Part shown: in pieces, positions 16,714 through 48,030 of the stretch
Position numbering within the stretch: position 1 is the stretch's first letter
Layout of the letters: every line of letters begins with the position of its first letter
Source of the DNA: the human T2T-CHM13v2.0 reference genome, Homo sapiens
NCBI RefSeq assembly: GCF_009914755.1
Contig: NC_060935.1
DNA length: 64,000 bases
Direction: 5' to 3' (one strand)
Translations under genes and position numbers: made by a program
The notes under the pieces: generated by a model
What the model was told of the DNA's origin: nothing
The model's database searches: none
The model's input: the letters and a program-made list of their open reading frames with translations, nothing else

Positions 16714-17018
16714 AGGCCGGGCATGGTGGCTCACACCTATAATCCTAGCACTTTGGGAGGTAAAGTGGGCAGATCGCCTGAGCCCAGGGCTTCGGGATCC
16801 GCCTGGGCAACATAGTGAAACCCTGTCTCTACCAAAAATACAAAAAATAACCAGGGCGTGGTGGTGCGTGACTGTAGTCCCAGCTACTCAGGAGGCTGAG
16901 GTGGAAGGATGAACCCTGGAGATGGAGGTTGCAGTGAGCCGAGATCGTGCCATTGCACTCCAGCTTGGGTGACAGAGACAAACCCTGTCTCAAAACAAAC
17001 AAACAAACAAACAAAAAA
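16714..17018 (+). mobile_element. Alu (older)
   Basis: Alu consensus, (AAAC)n tail, TSD acaccataatg. Confidence 0.85.
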
Positions 17019-17112
17019 GCCCAACACCATAATGGATTACCACTTACATGCTAGAAATGAGTGAAGCTATTCAAAAAACTCGTTTAACTTTTAAAAAACT
17101 ACATCAGCTAAT

Positions 17113-17118
17113 TTTATT
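17113..17118 (-). terminator. TRIM5: Candidate TRIM5 polyadenylation signal AATAAA
   Basis: tttatt on plus, ~1.55 kb past the alpha stop; one of several candidates. Confidence 0.4.
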
Positions 17119-17774
17119 ATAATTATTTTTTACAATTAATAAACTGATTCCCACATAATTCAGTTTGTTTGATAAAGACTAATATGTAGCAACACTAGAA
17201 TTACAATAAAATCCTAAATATATGTGTGTATTATATATAGAAGGCAGAATTGAAGTCATTTTGACAGTAGTATCTGAGATCTAAAAAATGAGAATTTAGT
17301 AAATCCAATCCTAGTTTCCCTGAAGGCACAACCTGTTCCATGAGACATTAACAGAGTTTATGTTTTTCAATAATTTGTAGAACAAGTACTTATTAGATCG
17401 AGACACTTAGATAGATGCTTTATACTTCAGGAATTTATTTTTTCACAATGATCCAAAGTATTAGATGAAGGTTTTTTGTTTTATTTTGCTTTTAATTGAC
17501 AAATAATAAATATACATATTTATGTGGTACAGTGTGATGTTTTGATACATGTATACATTGCGTAATAACCGAACCAGGGTAATTAGCATATCCATCACCT
17601 CAAATATGTGTCATTTCTTTGTGTTGAGAACTTTCAAAATCCTCTCTTCTAGCTATTTCAAAATATATGCAATAGGTTATTGTTAACTCTAGTCACCCTA
17701 CTATGCAATAAAACATTAGCACTTATTTAATGTGAAGTTTTTAATACAAAAATTATTTTAAGAAAATAAGCACA

Positions 17775-18090
<316 letters not shown>

Positions 18091-18664
18091 GAAATAAGCA
18101 CAGCCATTTAAGTATGTTATTCACAGTTACACTGCTGGTATATGGAGAGACAGGAGTTGAACTGAGATCCTCTAGATACAAAACCTCTATACTTAAGAGT
18201 ATACCATTTATGATATTTTCTCTTTAACTCACAAATAAGGGCATCGAGGGTAAACTGACACAGGGCTAAGGACTCATTCATTGGTGAACAATTATCACAC
18301 GATGATATAGAAAGGCTGTTGAAAAGCTTTTCTTCATCTTCTTAGTCAGTGTCAGAGGCAATTGGGTGATAAATATCTGGCAGAAGTAATACCTAAATAG
18401 CGGTCTCATTTTATGAGGTATAGGTCAGTTTTCCTTAGGAGTACGGAAAATGATGAAAAAAATTGCTATCAAATGTCAATAAAATATTGGGGACAATATG
18501 GCACAAGGCAATTATTACATTTTACTGATGAGTGAAGGACGTTCAAATAGAAAGAAGGGAGACAGCAAGGAAAAGATGGTTAAAATGATGCAAATGAGTT
18601 CAGGTGTATGAGATGCACCTGGACAAGAGGTGCTGTACAGAAGGGGCTGAGTGTGTAAGAAGGT

Positions 18665-34033
<15,369 letters not shown>

Positions 34034-35077
34034 ACTAGCTATTCCACTGCTCCTGCCTGTCCTGGCTGCTGAGGTTCCTCTTGTTCACAGATCCCTGCAT
34101 GATTGGGAAGGTTAAAATGGGACCAAGTAAGAAAGGTAGAAATAGAAAGGATATTGATTGTGCACAATTAGAAAATGGGCAAGATGAAAATAATTAAGGA
34201 CAAAAAAAGGGGAGAAATAAGAAAAGGTGTTTGGTTACCTGGTAATAAGGGCTTTTCATAATCACCTTAAATACTTTACTGCCAGTTCATGTCATATGAC
34301 AAATTCTGTTCTTATCTGTGCATTGGTTATCATTTTTCTTTACTTTCAATGAATAGAAAACAGACTGAGGTCTTTTCTACCAAGATCTTTGTGTGACCCA
34401 TCATCTCTCCTGGCTTTTCTTTCCCACGCCAAAACACATCCTCAATATTAAAATCACCAAACAGCTTATGCCTCAGGGCTTTCACATTTGCTCTTCTCTC
34501 AGCATGAAATGTTTCTCTGATGTTAGTACGATTTTATTAAATTCTCTCCTTACATGTTATATTATCAAAAATACCTGCTCTGACTACCTTATGTGCAGTG
34601 TAACAAATCTCACCACTCACTGTACATTTGCAATGATTGCTCTTATTATCAGCAGAGTGAATGACTGTTTCATCAAATGTATAAATAGACATAATAAGTG
34701 ATTTACAAAAATTATTTATCTTCAATATGGTGACCTGAGATGACCTCGTATTCAGGGTCCTCTTTCACTGGCCTCTTTGCTACTCTTTTGGTTAATCAAT
34801 GACAAATGGAGATAACAGCATATATCCAATTAATACTCCGAGCAATTGGGGTGTGGAAGTAGAGGAATCCACAACAGCTGGGAGGTTCTGAGGAGTCTCA
34901 TCCTGAAAGTTTGCCAAGGACATTTATTGGAGCCTAAAGGTGTAGACATGGTGTAGAGAGTGATGATACAGAAATACTCAGTGGACCACACATGTCGGAT
35001 ACTTGAAAACTAGAAACACAGAGGCAGTGGATATCAGTCTTGAGAGAGAAGTCTCAAAATATTAGATGAGATGATTC

Positions 35078-36189
<1,112 letters not shown>

Positions 36190-36318
36190 TCACCTAAGCT
36201 CTGCTTTTGGGGGGCAGATACGGCCCACGGAGAGGGAGGAGCAAGGTTAATGATTTTTAAGAAAATCCAGTAGTTCCCTGAGTCTGGACTTGGTGCCCTA
36301 GTAGAGGCAAACAGATGC

Positions 36319-38285
36319 TGTCACCAGGGAAGCCCTGATGAAATGACTGGGAAAGTTATTTTTCTTAACGTTTTTCTTTATTCCCTTTATGTACAGACAG
36401 AGTTGCTTAAGAAGAAGCCAGACTGCCCAGCATGGTCCAGATCTTGACCCCTGACCAGATCCAAGGGGGAAATTAGACCCCCGAACCAGCGTATAAACTG
36501 GAACTGACAATCCCTAATTGCCTTTAGATCATTAACATATCACTAGAGTGTTAAGTTACCCCCTCCCCCACACGACACCAAACAAGAAAATCTCCACCAT
36601 TTTGTGTGCCTGGGTTGTATTGAGAGGTGACAGCGTGCTGGCAGTCCTTGCAGCCCTCACTCGCTCTCGGCGCCTCCTCTGCCTGGGCTCCCACTTTGGC
36701 GGCACTTGAGGAGCTCTTCAGCCCACCGCTGCACTGTGGGAGCCCCTTTCTGGGCTGGCCAAGGCCGGAGCCGGCTCCCTCAGCTTGCAGGGAGGTGTGG
36801 AGGGAGAGGGGCGAGCGGGAACCGGGGCTGCGCGCGGTGCTTGTGCGCCAGCTGGAGTTCCGGGTGGGCGTGGGCTTGGTGGGCCCCGCACTCGGAGTGG
36901 CCGGCCGGCCCCGCTGCCCCGGGCAGTGAGCAGCTTAGCACCTGGGCCAGCAGCTGCTGTGCTCAATTTCTCGCCGGGCCTTAGCTGCCTCCCCGCGGGG
37001 CAGAGCTCGGGACCTGCAGCCCGCCATGCCTGAGCCTCCCCACGACCCCTTGGGCTCCTGTGCTGCGCGAGCCTCCCTGACGAGCACCGTCCCCTGCTCC
37101 ACGGCGCCCAGTCCCATCACCACCCAAGGGCTGAGGAGTGCAGGTGCGTGGCATGGCACAGGACTGGCAGGCAGCTCCACCTGCGGCCTGGTGCAGGATC
37201 CACTGGGTGAAGCCAGTGGGGTTCCTGAGTCTGGTGGGGACTTGCAGAACCTTTATGTTTAGCTAAGGGATTGTAAATGCACCAATCAGCACCCTGTGTC
37301 TAGCTCAGGGTTTGTGAATGCACCAATCGACACTCTGTATCTAGCTACTCTGGTGGGGACTGGGAGAGACTTTATGTCTAGCGAAGGGATTGTAAATACA
37401 CCAATCGGCACTCTGTATCTAGCTCAAGGTTTGTAAACACACCAGTCAGCACCCTGTGTCTAGCTCGGGGTTTGTGAATGCACCAATCGACACTCTGTAT
37501 CTAGCTACTCTGGTGGGGATGTGGAGAATCTTTGTGTCTACACTCTGTATCTAGCTAATCTAGTGGGGACTGGAGAACTTTTGTGTCTAGCTCAGGGATT
37601 GTAAATGCACCAATCAGTGCCCTGTCAAAACAGACCACTCGGCTCTCTGTAAAATGGACCAATCAGGAGGATGTGGGTGGGGCCAGATAAGAGAATAAAA
37701 GCAGGCTGCCTGAGCCAGCAGTGGCAACCTGCGCTGGTCCCCTTCCACACTATGGAAGCTTTGTTATTTTGCTCTTTGCAATAAATCTTGATACTGCTCA
37801 CTCTTTGGGTCCACACTGCCTTTATGAGCTGTAACACTCACCGCGAAGGTCTGCAGCTTCCCTCCTGAGCCAGCGAGACCACGAACCCACCAGAAAGAAG
37901 AAACTCTGAACACATCCGAACATCAGAAGGAACAAACTCCGGACACGCCGCCTTTAAGAACTGTAACACTCACTGCAAGTGTCCGCGGCTTCATTCTTGA
38001 AGTCAGTGAGACCAAGAACCCACCAATTCCGGACACAGTATGAAGACATGTGTTTATAAACAGAGGTGGCACAACTGGAGTTCCACCCTATAGGCTAACA
38101 CTCCTTTCTCTCCCCGTACTCAGTTCTTTTAAAGCCAATGCTTTCCACTGTTTTGGGGGAGGGGGCTTTAGAGAAGGAGCTCTCTTACTCTCCACTCCTA
38201 GCAAGAAATAAAACCTGCTTGCCTTTTTTCCCATTATCTTTGTAACCAATATGAACTAGGGAAAGAACTCCATTTACCAGTGACA
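36319..38285 (+). mobile_element. Older solo-LTR-like element (~546 bp) hosting the LTR12C
   Basis: TGTCAC...GTGACA inverted termini, AATAAA ~38207, imperfect 4-bp flanks atgc/atga. Confidence 0.5.
36621..38037 (+). mobile_element. LTR12C (ERV9) solo LTR in TRIM5 intron 1
   Basis: Starts TGAGAGGTGACAGCGTGCTGGCAG, CpG-rich U3, tandem caccaatc repeats, ends ccggacaCA; perfect TSD GTAT (36617-36620 / 38038-38041). Confidence 0.93.
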
Positions 38286-38724
38286 ATGACAGGACTACAG
38301 AGCTGGACAGCTGTCACACCATGAAGGCTGATGTCACAGAGCCAGGCCAAGGTGATGAGAACTGACCTGTAGAGTTATGCAGAAACACTACATTAGTAAA
38401 CTAATAGGCATTAAATCATTAGGATTCCAAGGCCCCTGTCTTTGCCCTTGTTGTTGGGAGAAGACACTGAAAGAGAGAATTCTGGCTCTCTACAGCAAAG
38501 TTCAATTAAAAAGTATAGAGTAGGGAGGGGATGGGGAGAGAGTCAGCATGGAAAAATAACCAGCCTTCGGGAAACAAAGCCCTTCACTTTAAAGCTCTCC
38601 CTTCTTTCAAATCTGCCTGCCCGCCAGGCGGCTCTGTTCCCCTCAGTCAGCTCTGGCAGCAAGAAGTCTGTGAACTGTGTCTTTTCCCCACCCCCGCACA
38701 GCTTTTCAGATAAGTTAAACTCAC

Positions 38725-38940
38725 CAAGGTAAATACAGTTTTGTCCCAAAGACTTCCTACTTCTGCCCTCCACAAAATCACTCAATACACCTTCAGACAC
38801 CAGTGCAGAAGTGGTGATTCTGGGGAGAAGAGTGAAGACAGGCCAGGGAAGACGTGGTTAGGATTCACTCACCAATCCACGGGCCTGATCTGCACAAAGG
38901 AATTTTCCTAGAGGAACCGCAGGAAATTCTTGCTCACGCT
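38725..38940 (-). other. TRIM5: TRIM5 non-coding exon 1 (TSS approximate; alternative donors)
   Basis: Donor TTG/GTGAGT at 38723-38724, second TTG/GTGAGT at 38871-38872; similar to TRIM22 exon 1; next to the ISRE. Confidence 0.7.
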
Positions 38941-38948
38941 CAGGGCAG

Positions 38949-38966
38949 GAAAGTGAAAGATAAACT
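38949..38966. promoter_or_regulatory. TRIM5 ISRE / IRF site
   Basis: GAAAGTGAAAGATAAACT; NF-kB-like GGAATTTTCC at 38899-38908 and GC box at ~39005 nearby. Confidence 0.8.
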
Positions 38967-39447
38967 ATGGGCCAATGGCATTTCTCCACGTAGGGCCTGG
39001 TGAGTCCCGCCCTCTGAATGAATCAGCCGGGCCGTGTAGCTGTGCTGTTCACAGGAGGAGCCGTGGGAACTAGAGGCATTCCCACTCAATCTCCCTTTTC
39101 TCTTGAGTCTCAGGATCTTGTTATCATGCCACTTCTTCTGACATAGTTTTAGATTAACCCAGCCAAGTATTAAAAATTAGAAAAGGTGCCCTTTTTCGAA
39201 ATTCTTCCAATGTGCTCCTCTTGCTCCTGATCTCACAGCTGAGTTCTGCTTCTGGGTGACAGATATGGCCCAAAGAGAAGGAAGAACAAAGTTAATGATT
39301 TTTAGAGAATTGCAGTAGATTTCTGGTCTGGACTTAAAAATCTTATAGGACCTATGAACAGAAAAGGAGCTGCAGGTAGGAGAGATGTCATATTATTAAG
39401 ACTCCGAAACCCAGAGAGGACAGGATGCTAGAAATTTATCTGGAGAG

Positions 39448-39813
<366 letters not shown>

Positions 39814-40547
39814 TCACTTTCAAAGAACTCTCCAACTTCCCGCTGTTGTCTTTTCCAAAGTATCTATTGCATCCCTGAGCAGGGCCAGGCCTTCCTCTCT
39901 CTTCTCTTCTGGTTACTATGCAAAACTGGTCCAAAAGGCTGAACTGTGGTCCATGTACCATAGCCTCCCTTCTAAGCTTTCCCTTACTGGAACATCTCAG
40001 GAAGTCCACACTGGAACTAGGATCATTGGTAGAGAGGAGTATTTAGTTTGAAAATGAAAATGCCTCAGGAGAAGGCAATGGGGAGCACTGCAGTGGGCAG
40101 CCTGTTATCACTTAATTCCATCATCAGTAACCTCATACCCCCTCCACACTGTACCCCCGCAGCTTTCAGTTTCATGAAATCAGGTAGGGGGCTTTTGCAT
40201 TTTGTTCTTTATTGTCTCAGATTTACTAGAATATGGTGTATATAAGGAGTAATATTTAAATAGATATGAAGATATATAGCTATTAATCTAATTTTAATTG
40301 AATATCTTGATGTCACATTTCTGTTCTATTCTTGCTGTAAAGATAACTGCTGTGTCACCTAGTTTAATTCAAATATTCTTCTGGCATTAGTAATAATTAT
40401 GTGGCAGTAATAATTATAGTAATAATTATAATAATTAGTATTATTAATAATTACAATTATTAATAGTTACAATTATAATTAATATTACTAATTGTTATTT
40501 AGTAATAATTATGTGGCATTAGTAATAATTATGTAATGATTACATTT

Positions 40548-40820
40548 GCAGTGGCTCACACCTGTAATCCTCGCACTTCGGGAGACCAAGGCGGGTGGAT
40601 CACTTGAGGTCAGGAATTTGAGACCAGCCTGACCAACATGGTGAAACCTCATCTCTACGAAAAATACAAAAATTAGCCAGGTGTAATGGCAGATGCCTGT
40701 AATCCCAGCTACTCAGGAGGGTGAGGAAGGAGAATTGCGTGAACCCGGGAGGTGGAGGTTGAAGTGAGCCGAGATCATGCCACTGCATTCCAGCCTGGGC
40801 AATAGAGTGAGACTCTGTCT

Positions 40821-40858
<38 letters not shown>
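40548..40858 (+). mobile_element. Alu (S-type), slightly 5'-truncated
   Basis: TSD agtaataattatgtaa (40521-40536 / 40859-40874). Confidence 0.9.
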
Positions 40859-40863
<5 letters not shown>

Positions 40864-41073
40864 TAATTATGTAAATTTTTAAACAAATTTTAAACGATTT
40901 TTTAAAATATCCTCTCTGTTTTCTTCCTAAGTATTATTCAGACTCTAACCATATTTACTCTTATTTTGCTCTTTTTCTTGAAGAGAAAAATGTTAAATAT
41001 CCATGGACCCAAAGGTAGAGATATTTCATTTGATTCCTTTTCAAGCAGGAAAGCAGGATATATAAGGTTTACA

Positions 41074-41384
<311 letters not shown>

Positions 41385-41919
41385 GGGTTTACAGAGAAAA
41401 CACAGAGCTCCAACAATAATATATTTTTTCTACAATTTAGAACATAGGTTAGAATATGGAGCCTGCCAACATGCTCTACTCTGGTGATAAACTGTGTGTG
41501 GTGCATTCAGTTTTTCTATTGGCCCACGTTTTCTGGTATCTTGTCAGGACCTAATATTACTACTGTTTTCTCTCAGCTGCAATTAATACTTCATGAGATA
41601 AATCAGACCAGGATGAAAGTTCACTTCAGATGTTCAAAGCCAGATGAGAATAAAAGGATGGCTATGAGATCTATGGAAGTGCTGAGAAGGGAAGAAATAA
41701 TGGACAGAGAACAGGTCTCTGGATAAATGAGTTCATTCACTTTGTCCATTGTGGTTGACACTCGGACTCCACTCTGTGCACTCCAGAAAAAACACATTCA
41801 CTCACTGAGCGCTCACTCCCCTACAAATGTCAACAAGATATTCTATTCAAACATGGAATATACCTAAAATTACATCTCTTGCTTATTTATCTTCAAGAAG
41901 AAATAAGAAAATTTCACGC

Positions 41920-42180
41920 CTGTCTTAGTCAAGGTTCATCATAGCAATAGAACCACTAAACTATGAATTTATTTGGAAAGAAACTTGAGAAATGTCTCAG
42001 GTGATTCTGGAGACTGGCAAATCCAAAGTCTGCAAGGTAGGCCAAGAGGCTCTGGATCCAAGAAGGAGTCAACGTTATAGCTCACGCCTGAGGTTTGCCT
42101 GCTGGTAATATTCCCTCTTCTCGGGGAGAAGTCAGTTTTTTCTTCTATTCTGGCTTTCAGCTGATTGAATAAGGTCCTCA
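41920..42180. mobile_element. MaLR/ERVL (MLT-type) LTR fragment
   Basis: tgtcttagtc...ggagactggcaaatccaaagtctgc motif typical of MLT LTRs. Confidence 0.55.
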
Positions 42181-42384
42181 TAGATATAAGTGAGTAGGAA
42201 AGAATTTATAGCCAGGATTAGCTTATTATTCTGTGAGCAACAAATAATACCAAAATATCTATTATTGAAATAATAAACATTGATTTCTCAGTCATCCTAC
42301 ATGTGTATCATTGATTAAAGTATGAAGATGGCCATGCTCCATAGTGTCAGTCAGGGATCCATGTTATGGAAGCTCCATGAGTTG

Positions 42385-42839
<455 letters not shown>

Positions 42840-43571
42840 TAACATGTTTCAGTGCTGCTTTTTAATTGATTGTGTAAAAATGACCAAACTTTTCTTAGAG
42901 AAGCAGGGAAAAGTGGAAAAATTATGAAGGCATGAGAGTAACTCAATGAATGATTATAATTAAACAGCATCATCTGTTAACTTCCATGTTCTCACCTGCC
43001 TCAGTGGCTGGGTAACATGACACTGACACAGTTTTACCTCTATTACTCTCTGGAATCCATCCTCATCTGGTCTGTCTGGATTAGGAGCAGGAAGTGATAA
43101 TTAATTGATGGACTCTTAAGATTTAATGACATTTTGAGAACATTTTTTTCAATGGGCTCACACTAAAGATCCTTTTATTTATAAAAATAATTTTTTTACC
43201 ATTCACAATGTCAGCTGCTAATACTCATCTTGTCAGCCCAAATTTGTAGAGCTTTATAACTGAGTATCTTCCTCGTCAGACTGCATTTCAAGAAGCTAGG
43301 TCCCAAGTCTCTGGATCTTTATTTTCCTGGCTTAGGTCTTAAATATAAGATAAATTCGACTAATAATTATAGGACTGCATTGGAATTCTAAGTATTCAGG
43401 CAAGCTGTATAACTGTAATTCACATTCTTTTTATTCAAATATTCTTGCTTGAGTAAACCACAGTAAGAATAAGGAAGTAGTGACTGAGTGCCTTGCCAGT
43501 ACAGCAGATGCTAGAACATAATGTAGCATTACTTTCCCCAGGGTTTATTGTTATGTAAGTTCTTGTTCAGC

Positions 43572-43616
43572 TTCCTTTGTTTTCTTTCACTTCTGAGAAT
43601 TTAACTTTCGTTTCTC
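43572..43616 (+). promoter_or_regulatory. TRIM22 ISRE-GAS-ISRE cluster
   Basis: TTTCTTTCACTTC 43581-43593, GAS TTCTGAGAA 43591-43599, ACTTTCGTTTC 43604-43614. Confidence 0.85.
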
Positions 43617-43749
43617 ACTCAGCTCCTGTGGGGAAACTCATTTGTGGAGACCAGCCCTCTGGCTTGGTGAGTGAATCTGGTTTACACCGGCTCCTGCCCT
43701 GCCTTCACTCTTCTCCCCTGATTCAAGACTCCTCTGCTTTGGACTGAAG
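43617..43749 (+). other. TRIM22: TRIM22 non-coding exon 1 (TSS approximate)
   Basis: Donor AAG/GTGAGT at 43750; alternative TTG/GTGAGT at 43667; directly after the ISRE cluster. Confidence 0.75.
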
Positions 43750-44024
43750 GTGAGTGGAGCAATCTGTGGGAGCATAGAATGGGAGGCTTTGAGAAGAATA
43801 GATTGATTGTGTCTGGGTGAGTTTAATTTGTAGTTCTGAAGCTGCTCTGCATAAACAAAAAGAGGCAGCTTGTGAACTGTCTGCTGAGATGGCAGAGGAA
43901 GAAAGCACTGAGTCTGGGAGAGGGGTAACCTTTAAAGAAGAGAGGTTTGCAAAAGCAAAAAGCCTTGCTTGTTTCCTAGAGGGACCATTCATTTCTTCAA
44001 TCTAGGTACCTCCATCACCTTCCT

Positions 44025-44533
44025 TGTTGGAAATAAAGCTCAGAATCTTAAGGGAGACGAGCACTCAAACAAAGGATTTCTCAGCAAAGCAATTTTATTT
44101 CTGTGCAGAGGGGTGCTTCTTCTTTGCCAGTCGCCATGAGAGCACACTAGAACAAAGGAGGAAGAAAGTTTTTATTCCTGACGCAAATCCTACCCCTTTG
44201 CCCTTTCCCCATTGGCTGGAGTCGGCCACACAATCTAAACTAGACTCAGTTGGCTAAACATTTTAACTTTCTTTAGATAAGGTGGGCACGTGAGGGAGAG
44301 AGGGGAGATGGGGAAGGGGTGTGTGTGATGAGCTAGATAACTAATCTTCTTCCAAAATAAGGAAAGGAATGTGAGTTGGTACTGATAACGCCTGGTACTG
44401 TGACATGTCTAGGCATGTAGCAAAAGCAGAAAGGAAAGAGAAGAGAAGAAAAGTGAAGTGGGGAGGGGCACTGTGAATTAAAGAATAAAGGATTGATCAG
44501 GCTATTTGAAGAGAAACCTTATCATACCCCACA
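44025..44533 (-). mobile_element. LTR10-family (LTR10D-like) solo LTR in TRIM22 intron 1
   Basis: TG...CA termini, perfect 5-bp TSD TTCCT (44020-44024 / 44534-44538), minus-strand AATAAA ~44094. Confidence 0.8.
44401..44420. promoter_or_regulatory. p53 response element
   Basis: TGACATGTCT AGGCATGTAG: two adjacent half-sites with CATG cores; TRIM22 is a known p53 target through intron 1. Confidence 0.8.
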
Positions 44534-44984
44534 TTCCTATTCTGTCATTTTGATTTTTCCATTTTGCCAACGTGGATCAGAATTTTCTTTTATTCAGAGG
44601 CAGCAAATTCCTTCCTCCTTTCTCCCGAAGAAGCCTGTGCAATGAAGCTTTGTTTTCACTTTTCATAAAGCAACCTCATGATGAGGTTCAGCAGGGATGA
44701 GAGCCCTTATCTGGATCTGGGTATGAGGCGAAGGAGTCTTAGGTACTCAGTCTTCAGAAGTAAGGCCCTTTTGAAGGTTATCCTTTTACTTGCCTTCTGG
44801 TAACTTTTTGGATGCTGTCCATAGCTTTCCTGATAAATTAGCAGCCCTCTGGTTAGTCCGAGGAGAGAGGCCGCAGGACGGGCAGACTGCTGCTCATCTC
44901 TGCAGCTCCACTTTGGTCTCTTGTCTCTGAAGGTCCAGTCACAGGGAACTTGTTCTTCTGAGTACCCACAGCTTACTCTTCCTT

Positions 44985-45445
44985 TGTAGCAGGACCAGCC
45001 ACAGAAAAAACTCCTCAGACACCGAGGTAAAGAAGGAAGGGGTTTATTCGGCCAGGGGCATAGGCAAGACTCCTGTCTCAAGAGCCGAGCTCCTCGAGTG
45101 AGCAATTCCTGTCCCTTTTAAGGGCTCACAACTCTAAGGGGGTCCACGTGAGAGGGTCGTGATCGATTGAGCAAGCAGGGGGTACGTGACTGGGGGCTGC
45201 ATACACCGGTAATTAGATCGGAACAAAACAGAGTAGGGATTTTCACAGTGCTTTTCTATACAATGTCTGGAATCTATAGATAACAAACCAATTAGGTCAG
45301 GGGTCCATCTTTAACTACCAGGTCCAGGGTGTGGCCCCGGGCTGTCTGCTTGTGGATTTCATTTCTGCCTTTTAGTTTTTACTTTTTCTTTCTTTGGAGG
45401 CAGAAATTGGGCATAAGACAATATGAGAGGTGGTCTCCTCCCTCA
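44985..45445 (-). mobile_element. LTR2-family (HERV-E-type) solo LTR
   Basis: Minus strand starts TGAGGGAGGAGACCACCTCTCATATTGTCTTATGCCCAATTTCTGCC, ends ...gctaCA; flanks cctt/actt. Confidence 0.75.
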
Positions 45446-46514
45446 ACTTCTGTAGCACCCAATGAACCTCTGGTATCCACTCCTGTTTTAGAAGTTGCTA
45501 TTATTCTAGGTACACCTTTTCATCATGAGTTACCTCAACTCCCTACTCAATTTTCCCTTGCACAGAGCTAAGGCAAGGAGTTGGTAATTTCTCCTGAGTC
45601 TTATCTCGATCTTATCTCTGAGCATTTTGTACCTTGATGCCTATGTCACCCATATTCTGATGTGTCCTTTTCTTTGTTTCACTTTTCAGAGGTCCAGGTA
45701 ACTGTCTCCTTATGTGTCTGTACCGCACATCTTGTCAAGGTCCATATCTAGTATTTATTCATTGTCAAGTCTAGTACAGGACCCAATAAATAAAACTGTA
45801 CTTTTAATTTTTGAAAAATATTTTTGACTAAATTCACAAAACAAAAGCATACAGGTATAGTAAAAAAACAAAAACAAAAACAAAAAAACTATCTATTCGA
45901 TATATAATCAACATTAAATACCGGTAAGAGATTATGCTCTGGACTAGGGAAAAGGAAGTAAACACGCAGTCAAAAAAAGGAAGTAAACCAGCAGTTTTAA
46001 TGTAGCAAAAAGGTAGCAGTTACTAGAGGATAAATGTAAAACCAATAAAACAAAAGCAACAAACTAAAAGGGCTGCAATAGGATGTGGTATCTGTAGTGC
46101 TCTTGTCAAGGGCTTTGCAACTTTAAATAGATTTCACATTAGGTCTCACTGTGAGACAATGATTTTGAGCAGTCTTCAATAAAATGATGGATTTAAGAAC
46201 TGATGAACTAACTGTGAGAGAAAGAGATGACACTGGGGTAGCTTTATGAAATCTGTCCTCTGTTACAAAATGACTTATCTGAAACATATTGACCAGAGAG
46301 TTAGAACTCTTGGAAAAAGGGTCATTACTTGGGGAAAACTAAACCCTGGACATTTTAGTGGGTCATTGAAAAAGGAACTCTGAGTTTAGACAAATAAGAA
46401 GTGGTAACGGTGTTTCTGAGTTCTCCAGGTTTCTGCCTGCCAAGAACAGGACCTATTTTCTCCATTGGTAGTTCCTGACCCAAGGAACAGGGGAAATTTA
46501 AAAGATGTTGGCTA

Positions 46515-47590
<1,076 letters not shown>

Positions 47591-47619
47591 GAATGAATAA
47601 ATCAAGAAAAATAAGCACT

Positions 47620-48030
47620 TGTATTAGTTTTCTAGAGCTGTCATAGAAAAAGTACCAAAAGTGGTTGGCTTAAATAGCAGAAATATATTGCCTTACAATT
47701 CTGGAGGCTAGTTATCCAAGATAAAATGTGTTGACAGGGCTGGTTCCTTCTGAAGGCTATGAAGGAGGCCTCTGGTCCATGCCTCTCTTCTAGCTTCTAA
47801 TAGTTTCCTGGAAACCTTTAGCATTCCTTGGCTTATAGGTGCATCACCCTGATCTCTGCTTTCTTCTTCACCCTGGCATATTCCTTGTGTATAAATGTCC
47901 CTTTTTGATAAGGACACAGTCATGTTGGATAAGGGTCTACCCTAATGAGCACATGGTAACTAAATAGTATTTAAATATACTAGTTTCAAATAAGAGCACA
48001 TTCACACATTAGGATTTCAACATCATTTGG
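47620..48030. mobile_element. MaLR (MLT1/MST-type) LTR
   Basis: tgtattagttttctag...ttctggaggctag...ccaagataaaatgtg motif. Confidence 0.65.

Noticed and set aside
36627-37262. GC-rich overlapping ORFs or a CpG-island gene
   Set aside because: All lie within the LTR12C U3 region.
37255-37630. Regularly spaced repeats resembling a CRISPR array
   Set aside because: These are LTR12 tandem CCAAT enhancer repeats in human DNA, with no unique spacers or cas genes.
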